This document shows, in pieces, positions 23,554-36,287 of a stretch of 64,000 nucleotides of DNA. The stretch is from Amphiscolops sp. MND2022 (Eukaryota). Numbering within the stretch: the stretch's first letter is position 1; each line of letters starts with the position of its first letter. Below the pieces are notes generated by a model, which searched no databases, was not told the DNA's origin, and worked only from the letters and a program-made list of their open reading frames with translations. The position numbers and the translations under genes are program-made. The stretch spans positions 46,068,001-46,132,000 of the forward strand of contig OZ076413.1 of assembly GCA_964187785.1 (NCBI GenBank), given 5' to 3'.

Positions 23554-26500
23554 GACTTTTAAAAACACTTTCACTAAATCACAGCATAAGTTGTATCAGA
23601 CAAAAGTGTTTTATTCGGCTTTTTCTTGAAAAACATTTTTTCCTGTTTTATATTTTTCCTCTGATAAGTGAATGTGGAAACACTTAGCGGTGTTATGTCA
23701 CTCGTTTTTATTCGGCGTATTTTTACTTGTCAAAAGTGCAAGCCTCTTACACGGGCAAGTTTTTTCGTTAGTCACTCTGAAACACCCACTTTTAATAATT
23801 TTCATTCAAAAACATTATATAGCCTTTTGATCTAGAGGTTAACTCATGTTTCCAGGTCTGGGGACGGGACTGAGCAGCTGGAGTACTTGAGTTCAAGTTT
23901 TGCACCAAACCAAACTTTTTTATGCTTGCAAAGGTAAAGGAAAACCAAAAGATCTCCCTTTGTATTTTTACGTACTATGAGACTTTTCTTCTGCCTTTCT
24001 TAATGATGCCCCCTTGGTTTTTGGCAAACATATATTGTTTTGCGAGGGAAGATGGCCACTTAGGACTGTACGGCACTTTCCTAAAAAAACTGGAGAAATT
24101 TTTTCTAGAAACTTTTAATTTTTGATGTTTTCAAGAGCGTCACGAAAATGTATGATCTTACAAGATTGGCCCAAGAGTTTCAAAGTAATAGTGAAGAAAC
24201 AAAGACGATCGCGAACTGACGTTTGATCAGCGTCTCCAAGAATGAAAGTGTAGCTGGTGCGAATGACAGCTGACCCTTGTTCAAACTGCTGGATTTTTCG
24301 AATATTCCTCAGTTCTTCAAAGGAGCAACCAACTTTTATTATGGTTTTATAAAACTCTCACGGCAAATTTATTGCAGAAAGTTCTATCTGTTGTAATCGA
24401 CTTTTATCAAGCTGCTTCGTAAAAATTATCCTAAACTTGACGATAATTTCAAACACTCCAGGTGACATAGAACCGACTGACCACCATGGCATTAGTCCAT
24501 TTTGCCTCCAGGGGGTTGCTGGTCCCGAGGAGGGGGAACCGTCTTAGAAGAGCCTCTCAGTCCTAAGTCCAGTCTGAAGCTTCTGAGAAAAACGGGCATT
24601 ATGCGTTTCCCTTCACAACCACTGTTCAGACAGCTTTCGAAAACAATGCCGAGAATAAACAGTGTAAACTTCCATCTTCAAGGTGATATCGGATTAGTAT
24701 CTAAAATTTCAACAAACTAGCTCTCGGGCTAGCAAATGCAGCTAAATGCACTGAAGATACATCAAAAAACACATCAAACTGGCAGTCCACATGGCTACAA
24801 GATGGGGCAAAGGGGCTTCAAGTACCAAACAAGGATTTTTAGGCAAAAAGGTAGCACATTGCTGAAATTAAAAAAAACGGGATTAGCACTTCAAAGGGAG
24901 TCTTTCAATGGGTTTCTAGAGTCTCTCTGAGCTCTCATGCAATCTCGTACCCCGTGTTCCCGCTCGGTCTGGACTAGTCTTCGTTTTGCATTGAAAATGG
25001 CAAAAACAGCGAGGAAAACAGTCATATCCTCAATGCCAAACATAATTAGAATTTATGAGCAACTTTCTGTACATGTCAAAGTTTCAAAATCGGCTGCTTT
25101 TGCTGTACCATAGGGTGTTGTTACAGCACTGCCCGGGGTTTAGGCATGACATCCCTGTCATGCGGAAATGCTGGCATCTAAATCCCCTCCACATCATCTT
25201 TGCATTCCACTAGGAGTTGATCTTGCAGGGGTACAGTGGCACTGTCAAGTTTTGCTGATTGGGAAATCTTTAGATCTTGCTTCTTGCAAGCCCACAGAGC
25301 CTGCATCGTCCACTAACTGTTGAAACTGAGCTCGATCTTGAGCAATAAAACAAACACGCAAATATGCACCTTCAAATTGATCAGATCAAAAATTCCATAC
25401 ATGAATTTAAGAGCACCAAAATGTTAGCACGAGTTTTCGGCACCGAATTTGAATAGGACCTGGCTAGTACTCTGTTTTTGGTTTGGACGTTCGAGTTTTT
25501 TACGGAGCCTGTGAGCTCCGTGGTGCACGCAGTTCTCATTAAAAATTTGTTTTCCTCGCAGTAAAAATTCTTGTGGCAGCAAAGGTGAAAGTTGGTTTTC
25601 ATAAAACTTCTTTTCAGCGGGAAACCACTTTGTAAAAGGAATACAAGATACTCTGTAATGGACAGGTATGGACGCACTGATATGCAGCTGCCTACATTTA
25701 TAGATTTCAGTAGCATCAGTCTAGGAGCGCACTAATCTCAACTATGAACTGCTCGTAAGAGTAAGCACTGGAGAAAAGTAGGCAAAGGTAGACGAAACTC
25801 TGCAGATCGGAAATCTGGAGCACGCGCGCTCCTCATTTCTGAGTATAACGTGGAAACCTGGAAGACAATTTTGGCAACCCTGGGAAAATTACGCAATAAC
25901 AAAAATAGCAACTTTCGACGAAGCGATACATGTAGAGTTTTCTGAGTTTTTGGGGGTTACTTATTGCACCTGTTTGAAGAATTGATGTTCAAATTTCTCG
26001 AAGAAGTCTAGAAACAAAAATGCAAAAATGTGACTACGTACGTTTACATGATTACTATTGAAGTTTTGAGAACTCAAGTCGCAGAAATAACTGCTTGAAA
26101 AAGAACATCACGCTGCCAGGCGTCTATCAGCGAACGCAGTGATAACCTCCAGGCGTTGTCCATAAGGTTGTGGAACTTTGGTGTGTTATTGTCCTCAACT
26201 GGGGCTCCCCGGACATTAGTTGACTCCCCGGGCCTTAGTTGACTCCCTGGGTTTTAGTCATTGTGCAGTGCACCCTCCTTGATATGAAGATAGCAATGAA
26301 TGGATATAATTGAATGCTCGGAATCTCACTTTCTTTTCTCAGTTTTCTTTCTTTCATAAAGGATCTCCCTGTATGCAGGCCTGCAGCATGCGGAAACTTC
26401 CTGCACTCTTGACTATTATAGTAATAGTAAACAGAAATTTTTTAGCAAGTTTTATTTTGAGACTCTTGATAGAACTCCAACCAAGATTCCTATTGAGAAA

Positions 26501-28397
26501 TTCAAGAGGTTTGTTTGAAGCTTAATAAATAATATCTATCTTATCAAGACCTTCGAGAGTAAGCGGGATCTTCAAGTGTGCAAGATATTGGGAACAGTTT
26601 CAAGATAGTGGTTATGTTTCGAATGCGTCTTGTGCTAAAGTGACGCATTAAAATTGAAGCTTCTGAAGTCATTGGTACAATTCGATTTCGAAAGCACATC
26701 AAATTTCATTTTTTTGGGCAACGTTTTTTTTCTCAAAAATTTTTCTAACAGTGAGAATGTTTAGAAAATTCGTTTGAACTTCTGTCTTGTGTCTGCTAGC
26801 CCATAGTCTTGCAGTTCATAGGAAAAGAAAACGTTCTGCTTTGCTGAGTAACGTCTCACAGCGCTCGTAAGCTCCCTTCTTTTTCAACACTAATGTATAT
26901 GCAAGGAGAATTAACTCACTGTGAATCATCAGATGCGGTTTTTAATATCGTCCATGAGTAAAGAATGTTTGTTGTGTAACAATAAAAAGTTTATTCTGAA
27001 TATGAAAAGTTTGAATAGGAAAGTAACTGAGCCCCAAAATAAATGTTTGCAAGGTCAAAACAAACATTCAGACCTTGCTTGAATGCATATCCGCAAAACA
27101 GTCAGCCTATACATTTTGTAAACAAATGACTTGATAACCATGTTTCCGAAGGAAACTACTCGTATTCACGTTGTTTTTTGAAGGAGTGTGGTTTGCTCCA
27201 AACGAGCGAACTGCTTGCAACAGGAAATGAAGTGAAAACTATCAGGATTGTCTAAATTTGGGAATTGTTGGGTTGGTTGACCATTGTAACTGGACGACTA
27301 TTGACGTGTAGGTGGCAATGGAAAATTTGGTGTGAAATATTACCTTTTGACCATTAATTTGTCGAATTTACATTCCAACTTTGCACACTAGTGCTGCAAA
27401 GATTTCATGTTTTTTGACGTGTATGTCGACATTTTTTGGTAGAGAACGGCAGTGTTTAATGAAAATGGTGCGAAATAACAGCTATTTTATAAAAGTAACG
27501 ACATAAGTGAAGAGAGACATAATATGTGTATACCCATATATGGTGATAGATTATATCTACGTGGTGATTGGCAGAGAGTGGATTGGTTATTGGTAGGTTA
27601 CAACATACAATTACATTGAAGCATAAAAATGATATAAGTTGGAACCATTTTTGCATCAGTTATGTATCGTCTTTTTAGTGATGATTATGGAGTTGCGAAC
27701 TAACGTTGGATTATTTCCGCATGTCGTCAAAAGCGTAATCAGGCATTTTTAAGCAAAAAAAGTGAGTCTTGCTGACAGGCTATTCAGTCCACTTGAATGA
27801 ACTTCGGTCTGAACAAATGATCAAATTAGTTTTTCACTTCGAGCATTTGCCATTTTTGTACATTTTCCTTCTTTCCCATGGAAATGAAATGGATTACATT
27901 TTCACGCATGCTCAAAGTTGGGTTTCCGTAATTATTCAATTATTCATCACTGTAAATATATGTTAAAGCAGTGTTTCTTCAAGTGAAACTTTCTCTTTTT
28001 AATTAACTTTTGATGTTATTGAAGCACGCTCGAACTATCAATGTATTCGATTGACGGGTTCTTCTCAAGCTATCAACTGATTACGTCGCAGACAGTTCCC
28101 TATGAATTGTTGATTCTATAGCCAATGTCGATAATTAACAGCGGCACATTCAATGCCAAACGATTTTGAAAATAAAACTGCATTCTTGATTTTCAGCAAG
28201 TCGAGTCACTTTGGAACCACAGCTTCAAGTCAATCATTGCTTGAACACTTGGCTAAAAAGTACCAGAACATGCTATAGGGAAGCGGCATCCGAAAGGGCG
28301 CCATCTTAGAGAAGCAAAACCGCATTATCGGCGTCCAAGCCACGGAATTTGGGAAGGGATGTTTTTCCTTCATTCTTATTGGGAATGTTTTGATAGT

Positions 28398-29317
28398 TGT
28401 TGGCGCCAGTCATCAGCAGGCAAAGAAAGTCGATTTGGAACATGCTGGTTGAGAAACAAGACTTAAACTCTTAAAAAACTTAGATGAAAATTTGAAGAAA
28501 ATCCAATCATCACAATTCTTTAAAACCCCCCCCCAAATGGATTTTCTCCAAGACTGTTAACCCTAGAGCCACGAAACTTGGCACACGCATGCAGGTACAT
28601 AACCCAAACACACTGGCCAAGTTTCAAGGTCATCCACCCATTATAACCCCCTTTACCCCTCACATGTGTAGTATTCAAGGTCATTGAGACAAAAATGTCA
28701 ACTTTGTTATTTACCCTATGACCACATTAGAATGTAACTCTGTTGAAATTTATGATATTTACATTGTGTAAACATGCTTTAAAGCCCGCCTAATCAACAT
28801 GCCAAAACCACCATGTGCTTTGTTTACATAGCCAATAACTTTAATAATTCACTTAAATGTCATTTATTTATACAACATATTTCAACTTATATTTGCTTAT
28901 ATTTACTGTAGAATTGTAAACCACATTTATACCATTATTAGATAGAGATTTTCTCCACTGAATAGCTATAGTCAAGTTGGGTCTTAGGACCGCGAGACTA
29001 ATTAATCATCTTCTCAATCTTCACAACTTTTCGCTAGAGTCAGAGCGACTAAGTAGCTACTCTCATAGTTGGAGAGCCGGAGCGCGTGAAGATACAGTGA
29101 GGGAAGTGTGTGCAGGATCACATCGGATCCAATTCAGTGCAAAGCGGAATCGCAGGAGATTCCACGGGTTACATCGGACCCACCAGCCAAAAGATACAGT
29201 CCTTTAAACAAGAAAACCAGGAATTGTTTAGTGACGGTCCACAGCACTAAGCAACGGATCAGGGCGGCGTAAAGCTTGTCAAGCCTCAGCGCAGGATAAG
29301 GGCAAGCAGCCGTTACA
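28398..29317 (+). repeat. 5' LTR of the BEL element (920 bp)
   Basis: Near-identical to 32669-33590. I saw only a poly-C length difference (9 vs 11) and one adjacent substitution. Confidence 0.95.
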
Positions 29318-29319
29318 TT

Positions 29320-29336
29320 TGGTCCGCCGACCCGGA
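29320..29336 (+). other. Primer binding site (tRNA-Tyr-like)
   Basis: TGGTCCGCCGACCCGGA, 2 nt after the LTR end; resembles the TGGTCCTTCGAGCCGGA tRNA-Tyr PBS common in BEL/Pao elements. Confidence 0.7.
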
Positions 29337-29680
29337 CAACTCGTTGGTGGACGACCCGGACAACTCGTTGGTGGACGACCCGGACAACTCGTTGGTGGAC
29401 GACCCGGACTAGAAGAAGACGACTCGTTGGTGTACAACAGAGAAAATTGCCCAGAAAGAACAAGTGTCTGATTCTTGGAGTCTCTGACTTTGTGTCTCTG
29501 GGAGATTGGGCTACTGTGTCTCTGGGAGATTGGGCTACTGTGTCTCTGGGAGATTGGGTTACTGTGTCTCTGGGAGATTGGGCTACTGTGACTCTGTGAG
29601 CTTGGGCTATTGTGACTCTGGGTGTTTGGACTATAGTGACTCTGGAGTTGGGACTATTGTGTACTCTGGGAGTTGGGCTT
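29329..29680 (+). repeat. Two 24-bp tandem arrays in the BEL 5' UTR
   Basis: GACCCGGACAACTCGTTGGTGGAC x3.3 (29329-29409). TGTGTCTCTGGGAGATTGGGCTAC x4 plus degenerate copies (29491 to about 29680). Confidence 0.9.
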
Positions 29681-30137
29681 TAGCGGCACTCTGGAGGTAT
29701 TTGTGCATCAACTCTATTTTTGAGACGGATTGTATTCTTTGGGAACGTATTCCCGATTGAAGCAAAGATCTGGTCTAAGACGTCATTGCAAGTAAATCCA
29801 CCAAGTAAAGCCAAGGGATCAAGTCAGAGGGACAAGATCCACCGAAACAATCAAGTTCGTCAAAGAAGGCAAGTATAATTGACAGTATTGGGTTGATTCT
29901 TCAAGAATTGGCGATTGATTACCGGATTGAGCAGTTGACACTTTGTATCTGAGAAATTGCAAAGTTGGGATAAGTGAAAAAGCCTACAAGAAACAATTGC
30001 GAAGTTCGAAAGCCCTCAGTGAAACAAAAGAGTCATATGAACAAATTAAAGCCAAAAAGAAAGAAAAGCAACTGATGCAGCACCCTCGAATGGCAATTGT
30101 GTTTGAGGAATGAAACACAAAGCAGAGCCAACAACTG

Positions 30138-32723
30138 ATGGAGCTCAGACCGAAAGATTTGGAAAATGCGTCAGATTGGTACGCGTGGTGCCTCTATTGG
30201 GATATTGTACCCCTACATGTGAAAAAGCTCCATACATTGGTAAAAGACTTGGATGACAAGCTCGATGAGGAAGGAGCTGTTGTATCCAAAAGCAAATTGA
30301 TTGATCGGGTAATTGAATACCGCGAGAGAAGACAGGCGTTGCTGTTCTGTGTAGACTTTATGTTGAGTCTCACAAATGAAGAAACGCAAAGACAGCTCAG
30401 TCGAAGTGTGACTGAATGGGACGAATGCTTTGCGAAACTGGAATCGAGTTGGGGATATTGGTTCCCCGATGTGCAGCAAATGTTGAAGTGTCCAATTGAT
30501 GGGACAAAAGAGTTGAAACTGAGTCAGATGACAAATGGAACATCTGCAGACGCAGCTATGAGATGCCCTCGCACAAGAAAGTTGAGGCAAAGACGTGTCC
30601 ATCAGGCAAAACCTAATTGTGTAAAGAAAACAGCTAGTAAAAAAGAATCACTGAAACGGTCAATAAGGACCAAGGACCAAGAAAGTTGCTGGGGTATGGG
30701 AGACAGCATATCTGAAGTGGAAAACTCTATCAACGATGTGACATCACTACTCGAAGAAAACAGTAAGGTGTCTGACGTAACAATCCTGATGGACAACAGA
30801 CCAACAGTTAGCACGAAGTGGTCTAATGAAGATCGACTGTTTCCTCTAGCATTAGAGAAAGCGGAAGATCAGAAATCGGATGAAGTCCAAGGCCAAAGAA
30901 GCGAGACTGGACAATTGGAAATAGAGGAACTGGGCAAACATCCAAAACTGGTTGAAACCAGAAGCAACAGAAGCTTAGTGATTTCGAAAAGTTCACTTGC
31001 TAGACGAGTTCTTTATTTGAAAGTAAAAGCTCAAAAAGAGCAAGAAGAGCTGCAAACCCGACTCGAGAAACTGAAGCGTGAAGCAATACAAATGGAAATA
31101 GCTGACTTGCATGAACAGCTTGCCCGCAAAGCCAGAATAGCTGAAAAGGAAAGAGAAATAGCGGAAGTGTCGAGCAGTCAGGGGACTAGCTTCCCAAGTG
31201 TCTCATCAGTCGACAGTTTCACGGAAGACTCAAGATGCATGGCTGAGACAGAAACAGTCGAAGACGGAGCTAAGTCCGATATTGCACTATCAGTTCATTC
31301 GAAACCAGAGAATGCAGTGAAATTAGTTCACGAAGGAAAATTCTCCGCGCTTAGGACAGACCCAAAATCTCCAACAGAAGCCGATGAGCAAGCTGATGAC
31401 GGAACGTGCAGAAAAGAAGCAATATCACAACCAGACGTGAAACTTGCAAACCAAGGAACATCGCAGCTCATCACAACGGAATGTATACAGAAATTGTCAG
31501 AAACATTCATTGTAGACAACGGTCGGCAAGACGTCCATTCAGAAACCCTCCTCGTGGATACCAAACAGGTTTTGGAAGAAGATATTCACTTGGGCATGAG
31601 TGAGCATTCGATAAGTCAAACAAAGGAGAACTTGAATCACACAATGGCAGCAACAAGGAAGGAGCATAGATTCTTATCATTCGCATCAAGCAAACAATCT
31701 TCGGAAGAATTGAATGTGAAATTGGAGCTGCTGCAAGAGAGTGCAGAAAATACCGCCGTACAACAGGACATACAACAAGGGAAAATATTCGAAGTGACGA
31801 TGTTTCATGACAGTACTCTACTTCTTGAAGAAGGAAACAAATGTTTTGAATTCGACGAAAGTTATGGATTTGTGCATGAGCAACAATTTGCACTGCTTGA
31901 TGATTGTAATGAAGAAGCAATGTATCGAAAGCTATGCCATGTTGCAGCAAAACATGACGAACCCGTTGAATGCAATGCCAAAGGTGAAACACGTACCATG
32001 ATTGCAACCTTTGGAAAGAAATTTGATTTTGACTTCAAAGTAAGCCTTGTAGAAGAAACTATCCCGAGTAATAACAATGAGTGGAACCCTCGGATTGGTA
32101 ATGGAAACTCTGGGATGGACGCGGTGGCACAGGCTAACGGCATGGATAAAACTCAATTGAGCAAAGGCCACCGCAAGCGACCGAAGAAACGAGCTTGGAA
32201 GTTTGAACATACCTCAATCCTATTACATGGAATGGTCGAATGTGTTCAATTGACAACTGGCATCCTATATGCAAAGATTGTGATAGATAAATTTGCAGAC
32301 GAAATATCGCTAATGGAAACGCAATTGGGTTCTTCAAAAGCACAAACTACAACAAGTTCGGAAAATGGGCCTTTCATAGGGCCGGCTTTATCATGGGAAG
32401 AAATGATGATGCAACTTCAATTCTTTGGAAAATGGAATAAAGAAGAAGTTAGACAACTGGAAGTCAATGATTTGGTTTGGATAGTAGATGACAATGTGAA
32501 AAGAGCACACTACAAGACCAGCAGAGTGTTGGAAGTCTATCATGGAAGCGATGGGCGAGTGAGATCAGCGCTGGTGAAAACGGAAGATGGAAAACTCAAA
32601 AGACCAGTAGTGAAACTGGCACCCATGTTCTACGAAAGTGTTTTTCGGGAGAAAAACAGGGCCGGCAATGTTGGCGCCAGTCATCAGCAGGCAAAGAAAG
32701 TCGATTTGGAACATGCTGGTTGA
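30138..32723 (+). CDS. 861-aa ORF of the BEL element: coiled-coil/low-complexity body fused to a DUF5641-like BEL integrase C-terminal domain
   Basis: Open for 861 codons. C-terminal KWNKEEVRQLEVNDLVWIVDDNVKRAHYKTSRVLEVYHGSDGRVRSALVKTEDGKLKRPVVKLAPM. Stop lies inside the 3' LTR. Confidence 0.8.
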   Translation: MELRPKDLENASDWYAWCLYWDIVPLHVKKLHTLVKDLDDKLDEEGAVVSKSKLIDRVIEYRERRQALLFCVDFMLSLTNEETQRQLSRSVTEWDECFAKLESSWGYWFPDVQQMLKCPIDGTKELKLSQMTNGTSADAAMRCPRTRKLRQRRVHQAKPNCVKKTASKKESLKRSIRTKDQESCWGMGDSISEVENSINDVTSLLEENSKVSDVTILMDNRPTVSTKWSNEDRLFPLALEKAEDQKSDEVQGQRSETGQLEIEELGKHPKLVETRSNRSLVISKSSLARRVLYLKVKAQKEQEELQTRLEKLKREAIQMEIADLHEQLARKARIAEKEREIAEVSSSQGTSFPSVSSVDSFTEDSRCMAETETVEDGAKSDIALSVHSKPENAVKLVHEGKFSALRTDPKSPTEADEQADDGTCRKEAISQPDVKLANQGTSQLITTECIQKLSETFIVDNGRQDVHSETLLVDTKQVLEEDIHLGMSEHSISQTKENLNHTMAATRKEHRFLSFASSKQSSEELNVKLELLQESAENTAVQQDIQQGKIFEVTMFHDSTLLLEEGNKCFEFDESYGFVHEQQFALLDDCNEEAMYRKLCHVAAKHDEPVECNAKGETRTMIATFGKKFDFDFKVSLVEETIPSNNNEWNPRIGNGNSGMDAVAQANGMDKTQLSKGHRKRPKKRAWKFEHTSILLHGMVECVQLTTGILYAKIVIDKFADEISLMETQLGSSKAQTTTSSENGPFIGPALSWEEMMMQLQFFGKWNKEEVRQLEVNDLVWIVDDNVKRAHYKTSRVLEVYHGSDGRVRSALVKTEDGKLKRPVVKLAPMFYESVFREKNRAGNVGASHQQAKKVDLEHAG

Positions 32724-33590
32724 GAAACAAGACTTAAACTCTTAAAAAACTTAGATGAAAATTTGAAGAAAATCCAATCATCACAATTCTTTAAAACCCC
32801 CCCCCCCAAATGGGTTTTCTCCAAGACTGTTAACCCTAGAGCCACGAAACTTGGCACACGCATGCAGGTACATAACCCAAACACACTGGCCAAGTTTCAA
32901 GGTCATCCACCCATTATAACCCCCTTTACCCCTCACATGTGTAGTATTCAAGGTCATTGAGACAAAAATGTCAACTTTGTTATTTACCCTATGACCACAT
33001 TAGAATGTAACTCTGTTGAAATTTATGATATTTACATTGTGTAAACATGCTTTAAAGCCCGCCTAATCAACATGCCAAAACCACCATGTGCTTTGTTTAC
33101 ATAGCCAATAACTTTAATAATTCACTTAAATGTCATTTATTTATACAACATATTTCAACTTATATTTGCTTATATTTACTGTAGAATTGTAAACCACATT
33201 TATACCATTATTAGATAGAGATTTTCTCCACTGAATAGCTATAGTCAAGTTGGGTCTTAGGACCGCGAGACTAATTAATCATCTTCTCAATCTTCACAAC
33301 TTTTCGCTAGAGTCAGAGCGACTAAGTAGCTACTCTCATAGTTGGAGAGCCGGAGCGCGTGAAGATACAGTGAGGGAAGTGTGTGCAGGATCACATCGGA
33401 TCCAATTCAGTGCAAAGCGGAATCGCAGGAGATTCCACGGGTTACATCGGACCCACCAGCCAAAAGATACAGTCCTTTAAACAAGAAAACCAGGAATTGT
33501 TTAGTGACGGTCCACAGCACTAAGCAACGGATCAGGGCGGCGTAAAGCTTGTCAAGCCTCAGCGCAGGATAAGGGCAAGCAGCCGTTACA
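32669..33590 (+). repeat. 3' LTR of the BEL element (922 bp)
   Basis: Preceded by purine-rich GGGAGAAAAACAGGG and followed by TSD ATAGT. Confidence 0.95.
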
Positions 33591-36287
33591 ATAGTAGTTA
33601 AATCTCTGAATCTAAGTAACATTCAGAGTCTGAAATTTTCTGCTTATTAGTCGGCGCCTTTTCCTCTAAAGGAAAAAAAGCCCGACTAGTACAGTGACTA
33701 GTTTCTTTTTCGTCAGACAACAGAATGTATGCGTAGTGGACACTTTTTCTACAGAACTTCTAAACTACTGGACCGGCAAGCGGAAACGCATTCAAGGTAG
33801 TGCAAAGCGTCCCCCTTTCGTGTACTCAATGTTTAACGTAAGATACCAAATGGACGGGACTATAGGGTCTCCCCCTTTGAATTTTTTTCGGCACTGTGCG
33901 ACTTTTTTCGTTTTTTAGTCTCCAAAGTGTCGCCCCTTCAATTTTTTAAAAAAATATTTTGCACAAACTGGACTTTCAAAAATCCCAAAGGTTCCCCCTT
34001 TCTACAATTGTTTGAAGGTTTGCGCTTTTTGATCCCTTAGATATAGCGCCAACTTTAGACGTTCCCGTCTTGTTTTTATCTTGCCCAAACCTATAAAATA
34101 GCTTGATTCAATGACACACCTTCTGTCACGACATTGCTGATGGAAAAATATAATTCGATAATCGGCATGACAGCCGAGCAGGAAAGCGTGTTCAATGTCA
34201 GACATCGCCGTTTTCAATGAAGAAGGGGACACTTGGGACAAGTCGAGACACCGGAGAATACGGAAATAGGGTGCGAAAGTTACCAAAAAGACTCCATTGC
34301 TTGTGATTGTCACTAGCACCATCACAATTTAGTTGTTGTGAATTGTAATTTTTACAGGTTGGCACTACCATATGTGTTAGAACGTGCATGATGCGGCAAA
34401 TAGCATAACTTCTATCCTTGATGTCTTCTGTTCCCTAAAATCGCGAGCTGTGACGCCATTCAGAATGCATTTTGAAACGACAAGCGAAAATATCTTAGTA
34501 GCTGCATAAAGTGGAGAAACCAGCATGAAAACGTTTAGTCCGAGAGTGACCGCTTAAAATACTAGTCCATTTTCCTCCGTAGGAAGCCGGTCCCAAGGAG
34601 GAGACAATGTCTTAAGGGACGCTCTCTGACCTGGTTCCAGTCTTTAACTGCTACAACTCATGGGCATCTTGCGATACTCAGGACCACCGCAGAAATAGCC
34701 TATAAAAATTGGGTTTGGGTTTCTCGAATAGTGAATTCAACCCAAGGATAGGCGAATCCATAAAACCTTCAAAATACAGGCTCCGAAAGATCCAACTTAA
34801 CAGCTCCTAAGCATACAAACTAATGTATTGCCGGCAGCCTTGTGACGGAGTACTCGTAAAATTTTTTTGGAAAAATCGAATTATGACATGGCCGACGTGG
34901 CAGGTACCCCAAAATCAGTTTGGAAGACAAAAAAAGCAACAAAAAGGACGCCTCACCTCCGCAGCCGCAAGGAAAGAACAGTATACACCCAGTGACAACC
35001 CTGAAGAACCCAGAAGTGACGACTGCAACAAAAGCACAATGAAACCCAGTTACAATGAAACCACAATTACACAATAAAACCCAGAAACTGCAGTGTGTGC
35101 TTTATCCGGTGTGCAGTATCTTTTAAATCAAAGTTTCGGTGAGGCTTTGACTCCAAGCTTTATGGCAATAAATGTGTTAAAAGTGCATTTTTTCAGGTCT
35201 CTGGAAATGTATGATCTGTTTGATCCTGAAATTTTAGTATATCTGGTCAATAAAATGTAATTCAGCTAATTCCTTTTTGACCTCGGGAGTAGGTAGGAAG
35301 TCGCAGGAACACACACTAAGAATCTTAGGATTCGTTTTTGCATGCTTGTGGGACGTGTCCGGACTTTGAAAGTGCAGGTATGTCGCCACAGAGCTCTAAC
35401 TGAGGAGCCTTCTTGATGTTTGAAAAGTCCCCCTAGGAGACACTTTTCGTGAGAAAAGTTGTTGTCTAGGGTTGTAGTAGGACCATAGTCTCCTGTCTAA
35501 GCAACCTGGGCATCATCCCGGCTCTAGTATGTACGCTGCTAACATGAGATAAATACATTATGAATATTTTTGCCGCAACGAAAAGGAAACTGGGTTTCAA
35601 CATTAATTTTGCCAATGCACGTGGTGAAATGGTTCAAAAATAAAACATTTGAAACTCTTTGAAAAATTCTCAACTCTGAAATCGTGTCGTCTATTATCTT
35701 TCAAAGAATTGAAAAAACTCAGGTAATTGGGAAGACAGACTTTCTGATGGTAGACTTATCTGATCGCGATATGGTAGGCTAAAAGGCTGTCTTTTCAAAG
35801 GCTTAAAAATCTGTCTGCCACTTTTCAATGGGAAGCGTTGAGCGATCAGAAGGTGAAATAGCAGGTTAAATGGATTTTGGATAAGAGCAAACAAGTTGCA
35901 AAATGGCATTGCGACTTTTTTCCTTTTGCTGGTATTGCAATCTATGTTTAAACATGGTTTACGGTACTGAAGAAAAAACACTCAACAATACAACCAGGTC
36001 TAACAAAAACCGGTACCTTGAGAAACGCTCGCAATTTCGAATTTTTGGACTCACAGCGATGAAAAGTTTTGGAAGCATGAGTTTTCGAGGGTTTTTAAGG
36101 AGTGTTTTGCAGTTTGAAAGTTTTCAAGAATGAAAACTCTCTCATCATCATCCAGAGCCTGATGGCAATTAGAAATTATTGGGATTCTAATTACTTGCGT
36201 TTCTACTGCTTTTACTCGCAGCCTATCAGAAGAAGACATTATCATTTTCACCACCTTTTCGACCCACATATATACCTTTCACAATAT

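Larger units (their letters stand above)
28398..33590 (+). mobile_element. Non-autonomous BEL/Pao LTR retrotransposon, very recent insertion
   Basis: TG..CA LTRs at 28398-29317 and 32669-33590, 5-bp TSD ATAGT on both sides, PBS, PPT, and a single ORF ending in the BEL integrase C-terminal domain. No RT or RNase H motifs. Confidence 0.93.

Noticed and set aside
21800..25400. Coding-like decayed fragments (about 21850-22500 and 24100-25400)
   Set aside because: Frequent stops and no recognisable motif; cannot be assigned without a search.
29329..29680. 24-bp repeats as a CRISPR array
   Set aside because: No unique spacers, eukaryotic LTR-element context, no cas genes.
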